Source: Burkholderiales bacterium (GTDB lineage: Bacteria; Pseudomonadota; Gammaproteobacteria; Burkholderiales; SG8-39). From it: a stretch of 64,000 nucleotides of DNA. The notes beneath the pieces were generated by a model. The model saw only the letters and a list, made by a program, of their open reading frames with translations, ran no database searches and was not told the DNA's origin. Within the stretch, counting starts at the first letter, position 1. Every line of letters begins with the position of its first letter. The position numbers and the translations under genes are program-made. The DNA lies in assembly GCA_050246035.1 (NCBI GenBank), contig JBFWWT010000004.1, positions 1,568 through 65,567 of the forward strand. The letters run 5' to 3'. Of the stretch, positions 56,020 through 64,000 are shown piece after piece.

Positions 56020-56448
56020 ATGGAATGCACGGTTCGCTGGTCCGGCTCGGGCATGTCGTTCATCGCGGAGACGGGCAGCAATCACATCCTGGCCATGGAT
56101 GGCGCGCCCGACGGCGGCGGTCGCAATCTCGCGCCGCGCCCGATGGAGACGGTGCTCGCGGGCACGGGCGGATGCACCGCCTACGACGTGATGGTGATCC
56201 TGAAGAAGAGCGGCCAGGAAGTGACCGGCTGCGAGGTGCGGCTCGAGGCCGATCGCGCGGAGACCGATCCCAAGGTGTTCACGCGCATCCATACGAAGTT
56301 CCTCGTGCGCGGGCGCAACCTCAAGCGCAACATCGTCGAGCACGCGGTCCGGCTCTCGCACGAAAAATACTGCTCGGCCACGGCGATGCTCGGAAAAACC
56401 GCCGACATCACGCGCGAGGTCGAGATCTTGGACGAAGCGCTCGGCTAG
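56020..56448 (+). CDS. OsmC family peroxiredoxin-like protein
   Basis: 142 aa with GGCTAYDV and EKYCSA, the two conserved cysteine contexts. SD sequence GGAGGA upstream. Confidence 0.85.
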   Translation: MECTVRWSGSGMSFIAETGSNHILAMDGAPDGGGRNLAPRPMETVLAGTGGCTAYDVMVILKKSGQEVTGCEVRLEADRAETDPKVFTRIHTKFLVRGRNLKRNIVEHAVRLSHEKYCSATAMLGKTADITREVEILDEALG

Positions 56449-57074
56449 ATCCGGTAGGCGACGGTCGTCATGACCTTCGCCAGGGCTCGCATGGCGCGCT
56501 TGGCGGGCTCGGGGAGCTCGGCAGCGCCGAGCGAGACCGCGGTCTGCCGGTGGCGCGCCTCGTCGTCGCGCATCGCTTCCACCACGGCGCGCGTGGGCGA
56601 GTCCTCGGGCGAGAGCTTTTCCAGATGCCCGGCGAGGTGCTCTTCCACCTGGCGCTCGGTCTCGGCGAGGAAAGCGAGATTCCAGCGATCTCCAAGAAGC
56701 CCCGCGCCGACGCCGAGCGCGAGCGAGCCCGCGTACCACAGCGGATTCAGCAGGCTCGGCCGCCCGCCGAGCGCGCGGATGCGGTCCATGCTCCAGGCGA
56801 GGTGGTCGCCCTCCTCGCGCGCGGCGTGCTCGAGCGACTCGCGCGCGGCCGGGTTTCGCGCGGTGAGCGCCTGTCCCTGGTAGAGCGCCTGCGCGCAGAC
56901 TTCGCCCACGTGGTTGACGCGCATGAGCGCGGCCGAGCGCGCGCGCGCTTCTTCGTCTAGATCGGCTTCCGCGATGCCGTCGGCGGGGTTCGGCCGTTCG
57001 GCCTGATGGATGCCCGCGACGGCCCGCAGGGCCCGGTCGAACTCCAGAATCGCGCGGTCGAGCACGTCGGTCAT
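56445..57074 (-). CDS. coq7: 2-polyprenyl-3-methyl-6-methoxy-1,4-benzoquinol hydroxylase (Coq7 family di-iron protein)
   Basis: [18 protein letters not shown]...EEGDHLAW...EHL...DEARH are the di-iron ExxH motifs. Confidence 0.9.
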   Translation of the reverse strand: MTDVLDRAILEFDRALRAVAGIHQAERPNPADGIAEADLDEEARARSAALMRVNHVGEVCAQALYQGQALTARNPAARESLEHAAREEGDHLAWSMDRIRALGGRPSLLNPLWYAGSLALGVGAGLLGDRWNLAFLAETERQVEEHLAGHLEKLSPEDSPTRAVVEAMRDDEARHRQTAVSLGAAELPEPAKRAMRALAKVMTTVAYRI

Positions 57075-57078
57075 GCGT

Positions 57079-57564
57079 TCAATTCTGCTCCGGCCCGGGC
57101 ATGTAGACCACCCGCCCGCCCTTTTCCCTCGCGATGCGCTCGGCGCGCTCGCAGGTCATCGGCGCGGGCTGGCGCTCCGCCGGAATGCGGTCGAGCCAGG
57201 GCCGGCAGTAGCCGGGCGGCGGCAGCTGCTCGGGCGGCACGTCCGGGAAATTGCTCGGGCCGTAGTCCACGCTGAGCGTGCGTCCGTCGCGGAAAGACTT
57301 CTGCGAAATCGCCTTCACGACGCGCCCGCCGTGCTTCTCCGCGAGCGCGTGCGCGCGCGGGCAGGGCATTTCCGGGGGCTGCCATTCGGGAGGGAGCTCC
57401 GCGTACCAGATGCGGCACTGGCCGAGCGGCGGGACCGACTGGGGCGGGACGTGGAATTCGAGCGGCGCGCCGGGCGCGCGCGCGCGCTCGTAGGCGACGG
57501 GGGCGGCGCAGCCGGCGAGCAGCGCGAGTGTCGCCAGCGGGAGACAGGCTCTGAAACGATGCAT
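57079..57564 (-). CDS. Hypothetical lipoprotein with two tandem Cys-containing repeats
   Basis: Lipobox LLAGC. The repeats are [39 protein letters not shown] and [39 protein letters not shown]. Confidence 0.7.
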   Translation of the reverse strand: MHRFRACLPLATLALLAGCAAPVAYERARAPGAPLEFHVPPQSVPPLGQCRIWYAELPPEWQPPEMPCPRAHALAEKHGGRVVKAISQKSFRDGRTLSVDYGPSNFPDVPPEQLPPPGYCRPWLDRIPAERQPAPMTCERAERIAREKGGRVVYMPGPEQN

Positions 57565-57592
57565 GCGTGGATGTTACCGGGATCGACAGGGC

Positions 57593-57622
57593 AAAAAAAA
57601 GCCGCCCCGAGGGGCGGCTTTT
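57593..57622 (-). terminator. Rho-independent terminator of the porin gene
   Basis: On the minus strand: AAAAGCCGCCCC-UCG-GGGCGGCUUUU followed by a T8 tract, 39 nt after the porin stop. Confidence 0.85.
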
Positions 57623-57660
57623 GAAGTGCTTCTTGCTACCGGTGCTAGACCGGCCGCGCG

Positions 57661-58710
57661 TTAGAACGCGTGCGCGACGCCGACGCTGATACCGGTGGCG
57701 CCGTCGAGCAGCGGCCCCGACTGGGCGCCGCCGAGCGTGACCGTGCCCGGCTGGTCCAGCGAGAGGCGGTCGAGCAGGACGTACAGGGTCGTACGCTTGG
57801 ACAGGTAATAGTCCAGTGCGGCGAGGAATTGCGTGCGCTTCTGCGTCTCCACGCCGTTCACTTCGGTCTTGACGTTGTAGTAGCCCAGGCGGCCGTTGAG
57901 GGTGGGCGAGATGGCGTATTGCAGACCGAGAACCATCATCGGCGTCTCGGTGTTGGTCGCCTCGTTATCCGTGTTCGACCAGCCGGCACGGATGGTGAAC
58001 GCCCCCATCGTGTAGGCGCCGCCGAAGTTCGTCACGTCGCTGGACTGCCCAGCATTGTTGACGTCGACCGACGAAAACGCCGCCGTGACCGTCACCGGTC
58101 CGAACTTGAAGTCGCCGTTGATACCGAAGCCGTCGCCCGAGTCGTCTCCGGGCGCGCCATCCCCAGTAGCAGCACCGCCAGCGGTCGTGTAGTCCACGCG
58201 AATCCCGCCCGTACCAAAGCGGAAGCCGGCGGTCACCAGGTTGCTGAAGCGCACGCCCTGGGTGTTGGTACCCGCCGTGGGCGCGATCCCGGTGTAGGTG
58301 TAGCTCATGGGATCGTAGATGCCCTGCGACTTGAAGTTCACCGTGTAGTCGCGGCCGATATCGACGCTCATGCCGCCCTTGGACAGGCCGACGATCGACT
58401 TACGGTTGAAACCGGTACGGCCACCGCTGTCGGTGAAACCGTTGCCCGTGTCGGACGCCATCGAACCTTCGAGCCAGAAGTTCGCCATCATGCCGCCGCC
58501 CAGATCCTCGGAGCCGCGAACGCCCCACCGGTTCGTGGTGCGCAGGCCTTCCGTCACTACCAAGTTGCTTTCGTCGCCAGTGGCCGTCTGCGCCTTCGAC
58601 TGGCTGCGAATGCCGCCGTCGATCGTGCCGAACACGGTCACCTGCGCGAAAGCCGCCACCGGCGCGGCGAGCGCGCCAGCAACTGCGATCGTCAGAAGTT
58701 TCTTTTGCAT
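57661..58710 (-). CDS. Outer-membrane porin (Gram-negative general porin family)
   Basis: Signal peptide MQKKLLTIAVAGALAAPVAAFA, alternating beta-strand pattern and a C-terminal ...VGVAHAF. SD sequence GGAGAC upstream. Confidence 0.9.
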   Translation of the reverse strand: MQKKLLTIAVAGALAAPVAAFAQVTVFGTIDGGIRSQSKAQTATGDESNLVVTEGLRTTNRWGVRGSEDLGGGMMANFWLEGSMASDTGNGFTDSGGRTGFNRKSIVGLSKGGMSVDIGRDYTVNFKSQGIYDPMSYTYTGIAPTAGTNTQGVRFSNLVTAGFRFGTGGIRVDYTTAGGAATGDGAPGDDSGDGFGINGDFKFGPVTVTAAFSSVDVNNAGQSSDVTNFGGAYTMGAFTIRAGWSNTDNEATNTETPMMVLGLQYAISPTLNGRLGYYNVKTEVNGVETQKRTQFLAALDYYLSKRTTLYVLLDRLSLDQPGTVTLGGAQSGPLLDGATGISVGVAHAF

Positions 58711-58738
58711 TGGGTCATGTCTCCAACTTTGGTTTGTG

Positions 58739-58764
58739 AAAAACGGACGGCCATGGCCCTCCGT
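58739..58764 (-). promoter_or_regulatory. Terminator-like hairpin in the porin upstream/leader region
   Basis: On the minus strand: ACGGAGGGCC-AU-GGCCGUCCGU (one G-G mismatch) followed by UUUUU. It ends 28 nt before the porin ATG. Confidence 0.35.
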
Positions 58765-58774
58765 AACCAACCCC

Positions 58775-58803
58775 TCACGTGAGAAGTCACGTGAATTCTC
58801 ACG
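58775..58803. repeat. Phased TCACGTGA palindromes (two full boxes plus one half box, 12-nt spacing) upstream of the porin gene
   Basis: TCACGTGA at 58775-58782 and 58787-58794, and TCACG at 58799-58803. Confidence 0.6.
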
Positions 58804-58859
58804 CCGAGCCCCGTGTACAAGCAACGCAAGTGGCCGGATTTCCACGCAAATGTCCGAGG

Positions 58860-58879
58860 CTGTTGCGAATATGCAACAG
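58860..58879. repeat. Perfect inverted repeat CTGTTGC-N6-GCAACAG between trpC and the porin gene
   Basis: Read directly from the sequence: 7-bp arms with a GAATAT spacer. Confidence 0.6.
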
Positions 58880-58918
58880 GACAGCGGCTACATGCCTAAT
58901 TATTTAAAAATCAGCACG

Positions 58919-59713
58919 TTAGGAGATACTGAAGAGCCTGCCAAGGGCTTCGCCAGGGTCGGCGGCCCGCATGAACGCCTCCCCCACAAGGAACGCGGCG
59001 ACCCCGTCGGACCGCAGCCGCTGGACATCCCCTGCGGCCAGTATTCCGCTTTCGGTCACCACGATCCGGCCGGCCGGCACGCGCTTTCGCAGCTCGAGCG
59101 TCGTCTCGAGCCGCGTTTCGAAAGTGCGGAGGTTCCGATTGTTGATGCCCACGAGCGGGGTGCGCAACGCGAGCGCCGCCTCGAGCTCCTGCGCATCGTG
59201 CACTTCGACGAGCACCGCGAGACCCAGGCCTTCGGCGACGGACTCGAGCTCGCGCATGACTTCCACATCGAGCGCCGCCGCGATCAGCAGGATGCAATCC
59301 GCACCCATCGCGCGCGCCTCGAGGACCTGGTAAGGGTCGATGACGAAGTCCTTGCGCAGCACGGGCAGCGAACACGCCGCCCGCGCGGCCACGAGATGCT
59401 CGGCAGAGCCCTGGAAATACTCGTGATCGGTGAGCACGGAAAGGCACGCCGCGCCGCCGCGCTCGTAGCTGCGCGCGATCGCGGCGGGATCGAAGTGCTC
59501 GCGCAGCAGCCCCTTCGAGGGGCTCGCCCGCTTCACCTCGGCGATCACCGCGGGCTTGGCGGCGTCGATGCGGCTGCGCAGCGCGCCGACGAAGTCGCGC
59601 ACGGCCGGCGCCTCGCGCGCGCGGCGCTCCATCTCGGCGAGCGGCGAGGCGGCCCGGCCCGCGCGCACCTCGGCGCGCTTGGTCTCCAGGATCCGCTGCA
59701 GGATGTCGGCCAC
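58919..59713 (-). CDS. trpC: Indole-3-glycerol phosphate synthase
   Basis: [12 protein letters not shown]...LRKDF...INNRNL motifs. Confidence 0.95.
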   Translation of the reverse strand: MADILQRILETKRAEVRAGRAASPLAEMERRAREAPAVRDFVGALRSRIDAAKPAVIAEVKRASPSKGLLREHFDPAAIARSYERGGAACLSVLTDHEYFQGSAEHLVAARAACSLPVLRKDFVIDPYQVLEARAMGADCILLIAAALDVEVMRELESVAEGLGLAVLVEVHDAQELEAALALRTPLVGINNRNLRTFETRLETTLELRKRVPAGRIVVTESGILAAGDVQRLRSDGVAAFLVGEAFMRAADPGEALGRLFSIS

Positions 59714-59715
59714 GC

Positions 59716-60752
59716 TCAGGCCTTTGCGGTGAATTGCTTCGTGAAGGCGACGAACGCATCGAGCTTCGCGCGCGCCTCGCCCTTCGCGATCACGCGCCGC
59801 GCGCGGTCGATGCCCGCCTGCAGCGAGTCCGCCACGCCCGCGACGTAGATCGCCGCGCCCGCGTTCAAGAGCGTGATGTTGAGCGCCGGCCCCGGCTGGC
59901 CCTCGAGCACGGCGAGGATCATCTGCTTCGATTCGTCCACCGTGCCCACCTGGATCGCGCGCCGGTCGTAGAGCTCGATGCCGAACTGCTGCGGGTGGAC
60001 GAGGTACTCGATGATCTCCCCGTTCTTCAGCTCGCCCACCATGGTCTCGCCGGAGATGGAGATCTCGTCCAGCCCCTCGATGCCGTAGACCACCATGACG
60101 TGCTTGGAGCCCAGGCGCTGCAGCACGCGCACCTGGATGCCGACGAGGTCGGGGTGGAAGACGCCCATCACCTGGTTGGCCGCGCTCGCCGGGTTGGTGA
60201 GGGGGCCGAGGATGTTGAAGATGGTGCGCACGCCGAGCTCCTTTCGCACCGGCGCGGCGTACTTCATCGCCGCGTGGTGCGCGGGCGCGAACATGAACCC
60301 CAGGCCCAGCTTGTCGATCGCCTGCCCGGTCTGCTCCGGCGTGAGCGCGATGTTCGCGCCGAGCGCCTCCAGCACCTCCGCGCTGCCCGAGGCCGAGGAC
60401 ACCGAGCGCCCCATGTGCTTGGCGACGCGCGCGCCGGCGGCGGCCGCGACGATCGCCGATACCGTGGAGACGTTGAAGGTGTGCGCGGCGTCGCCGCCGG
60501 TGCCGCAGGTGTCCACCAGGTGCTTCGTGTCGGCCACCTTGACCGGCGTGGCGAACTCGCGCATCACCTGGGCGGCTGCCGCGATCTCGCCGATGGTCTC
60601 CTTCTTCACGCGCAAGCCGACGATGAAGCCGGCGATCTGCGCGGGCGTGACCTCGCCGCGCATGATCTGGCGCATCACGTGCAGCATCTCGTCGTGGAAC
60701 ACCTCGCGATGCTCGACCGTGCGTTGGATCGCCTCGGAAATCGTGATCTGCC

Positions 60753-60756
<4 letters not shown>
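59716..60756 (-). CDS. trpD: Anthranilate phosphoribosyltransferase
   Basis: DTCGTGGD...NILGPLTNP. Start at MRQITISE. Confidence 0.95.
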
Positions 60757-61321
<565 letters not shown>

Positions 61322-61325
<4 letters not shown>

Positions 61326-62815
61326 GGCGCGTTCTCCGCCGCGGCGACCTCGGCCGCCTTGAGGATGGCGCGCGCCTTGTGCTGCGTCTCCTGCCACTCC
61401 GATTGCGGGTCGGAGTCCGCGACCACGCCGGCCGCGGCCTGAACATGCAGCCGGGCGTCCTTCACCACCGCGGTGCGGATGGCGATCGCCACGTCCATGT
61501 CGCCGTTGAAGCCGAGATAGCCCACCGCGCCGCTGTACACGCCGCGCTTCACGGGCTCGAGCTCGTCGATGATCTGCATGGCGCGCACCTTGGGCGCGCC
61601 GGTCACGGTGCCGGCCGGAAAGCTCGCCTTGAAGACGTCGAGCGCGTCCACGCCCGGCGCGAGGCGGCCCTGCACGTTGGAGACGATGTGCATGACGTGC
61701 GAGTAGCGCTCGACGACCATCTTCTCGGTGACGCGCACGCTGCCCACCGCGGCCACGCGCCCGACGTCGTTGCGGCCGAGGTCGATGAGCATCACGTGCT
61801 CCGCGCGCTCCTTGGGATCGGCGAGCAGCTCGCCGGCGATGCGCGTGTCGTCCTCGGGCGTGGCGCCGCGCGGGCGCGTGCCGGCGATCGGGCGCAGCGT
61901 GATGGCGTCGCCCGCCACGCGCACCATGATCTCGGGCGAAGCCCCGATCACATGGTGGTCGCCGAAATCGAAATAGAACATGTACGGCGAGGGGTTGAGG
62001 CCGCGCAGCGCGCGGTAGAGCGAGATGGGCGGCGCGCTGAACTCGCGGGAGGTGCGCTGCGAGATCTGCACCTGCATGCAGTCGCCCGCGAAGATGTAGT
62101 CCTTCGCGCGACGCACCGCGGCAAGGAACTGCTCCTCGCGGATCGAGCGCTCGAGCGGCGCGGGCTCGCCGCCGCCGCGCGGCTGGGCGAGGATCACGTG
62201 CTCCGGGAGCGGCGCCGCGAGCCGCGCACGCAGCTGCTCGAGACGCTCCTGCGCGATGCGCAGGGCGTCGGGCTGCCGCGGGTCCGCGTACACGACGAGA
62301 TGGAGCTTGCCCATCACGTTGTCGACGACGGCGAGCTCGTCGGAGACGAGCAGCAGCATGTCGGGCGTGCCGAGCGCATCGGGCTTGGGCGCGCCCAGGG
62401 CCTTCGGCTCCACATGGCGCACCAGCTCATAGCCGAAGTAGCCGGCGAGCCCCCCCGGAAACTTCAGCTCGCCCGGGGCGGGCGCGACCTTGTGGCGCCC
62501 GAGGTAGGCGCGCACGTACTGGAAGGGGTCGCCTTGCGCCTCCTCCAGGCAGACGTCGGCGCCGCGCGCGTCGCGCAGCAGCCGGCGCACGCGATCCCCG
62601 CGCGCCTCGATGCGCTCCGCGCAAGGCAGGCCGATGAAGGAGTAGCGCCCGAAGCGCTCCCCGCCCACGACCGACTCGAGCAGGTAGCTGTGGGGGCCGC
62701 CGGCGAGCTTGAGGTACACCGCGAGCGGCGTGTAGAGGTCGGCGCGCGCCTCGGCGATGACGGGTACCCGGGTATAGCCTTGTTGCGCGAGCTGCTGGAA
62801 CTCGAGCTCGTTCAT
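61322..62815 (-). CDS. trpE: Anthranilate synthase component I
   Basis: [16 protein letters not shown]...[11 protein letters not shown]...GAVGY. Start at MNELEF. Confidence 0.95.
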
Positions 62816-62973
62816 GACACGATCTCCGCTGCTGCGATTACGGTTGGGAACTGACCTGCGGCCCGGGAAAGACGCGCCGCCGGGCCGCACGGGGCGCGCG
62901 AGTGTCTAGCGGCGCCAGGGGCGCCAGCGGAGGGGCTCGGTGCGGAAGGAGTGTCGCGTCACGTCGGGGAAGA

Positions 62974-63633
62974 CTATACCACCAGGCGCGCGCGCATGTC
63001 GCGGATCGTCGCGGCGTAATCCCCGGCGCCGAAGATCGCCGATCCGGCGACGAAGGTGTCCGCCCCGGCGCGCGCGATCTCGGCGATGTTGTCCACCTTC
63101 ACTCCGCCGTCCACCTCCAGCCAGACCTCGCGCCCGAGCCGGTCGATGCGCTTGCGCACCTCCGCGATCTTGGGCAGCACCGAGCGGATGAACTGCTGAC
63201 CGCCGAAGCCGGGATTGACCGACATGAGGAGCACGAGATCGAGCTTGTCCAGCGTGTAGTCCAGGCAGTCGAGCGGCGTGGCCGGATTGAGCACGAGCCC
63301 CGCCTTGCAGCCCTGCTCCTTGATGAGCGCGATGGTACGGTCCACGTGCTCGGAGGCTTCCGGATGGAAGCTGATGATGCTCGCCCCGGCCTTCGCGAAA
63401 TCGGGAACGATGCGGTCCACGGGCTTCACCATCAGGTGCACGTCGATCGGCATGCGCACCAGGGGCTTGAGCGCCGCGCACACCAGCGGCCCCACGGTGA
63501 GATTGGGAACGTAATGGTTGTCCATGACGTCGAAGTGCAGCAGGTCCGCCCCCGCGGCCTGCACCGCGCGCACTTCATCGCCGAGCCTGGCGAAGTCCGC
63601 GGCGAGGATGCTGGGTGCGATGCGCATGGCCAT
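62974..63633 (-). CDS. rpe: Ribulose-phosphate 3-epimerase
   Basis: [14 protein letters not shown]...[12 protein letters not shown]...[10 protein letters not shown]. Confidence 0.95.
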   Translation of the reverse strand: MAMRIAPSILAADFARLGDEVRAVQAAGADLLHFDVMDNHYVPNLTVGPLVCAALKPLVRMPIDVHLMVKPVDRIVPDFAKAGASIISFHPEASEHVDRTIALIKEQGCKAGLVLNPATPLDCLDYTLDKLDLVLLMSVNPGFGGQQFIRSVLPKIAEVRKRIDRLGREVWLEVDGGVKVDNIAEIARAGADTFVAGSAIFGAGDYAATIRDMRARLVV

Positions 63634-63658
63634 GGCCGCGCGAGTTTACAATGCGCGC

Positions 63659-64000
63659 ATGGTCCAGGAGAAGCACTACGACATCGCGGTGAGCGCCGCC
63701 ACGCAGTACCTCGCGGAGCAGTCCGACGAGCGCGCCGGGCGCTACGTCTTCGCCTACACCATCACGCTGCGCAACCTCGGCAGCGTCGCCGCGCAGCTGG
63801 TCAGCCGTCACTGGATCATCACCGATGCGCAGGGGCTGGTGCAGGAAGTGCGCGGGCTGGGCGTGGTCGGCGCGCAGCCGCTGCTCAAGCCGGGCGAATC
63901 CTTCGAGTACACGAGCGGCACCTCGATCGCGACGCCCGTGGGCACCATGCGCGGCGCCTACCAGATGGTGGCCGAGGACGGCACGAAGTTCGAGGCGCCG
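63659..64000 (+). CDS. apaG: ApaG (DUF525) protein, partial; the 3' end lies outside the window
   Basis: My own translation from ATG 63659 gives MVQEKHYDIAVSAATQYLAEQSDERAGRYVFAYTITLRNLG...RHWIITDAQG...GESFEYTSG. It is divergent from rpe. Confidence 0.85.
   Translation, partial: MVQEKHYDIAVSAATQYLAEQSDERAGRYVFAYTITLRNLGSVAAQLVSRHWIITDAQGLVQEVRGLGVVGAQPLLKPGESFEYTSGTSIATPVGTMRGAYQMVAEDGTKFEAP

Overview
GC-rich (about two-thirds G+C by eye, not computed), very tightly packed chromosomal segment. The synteny looks betaproteobacterial (Burkholderiales-like): aspS-nudB-EEP-clsB, ssb/MFS/uvrA, tyrS/M23/anmK, erpA-bactofilin, rplM-rpsI, trpEGDC and rpe/apaG. I call about 72 protein genes; many are joined by 4-nt ATGA/GTGA stop/start overlaps. 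I saw no rRNA, tRNA, CRISPR array, IS element or prophage. The housekeeping blocks are separated by accessory metabolic operons: a TetR-hydrolase-esterase-CofD-like unit, a NIPSNAP-esterase-TPP enzyme unit, an AraC-TylF methyltransferase-SDR-AKR unit, metY-ADH, GGT-GST-bdh, a nitroreductase-orphan SBP-CitE-MFS-hydrolase unit, a sulfite-oxidase-like/ComDE-like/methyltransferase operon, and a TRAP transporter. The most interesting non-coding signal is a roughly 106-nt candidate sRNA on the minus strand between rplM and an OsmC gene. It has its own near-consensus promoter, two hairpins whose loops carry CCUCCUCC (anti-Shine-Dalgarno) and a UUCG-loop terminator with a U9 tail. Other leads are a secreted RNase Sa-like/barstar pair wedged into the aspS operon, a duplicated 18-bp operator flanking the tetR gene, a possible organosulfur operon, several candidate leaderless promoters, four convergent gene pairs that share a CTAG double stop, and structured repeats in the porin leader. 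All functions are inferred by eye from the translated ORFs and motifs; no database search was run.
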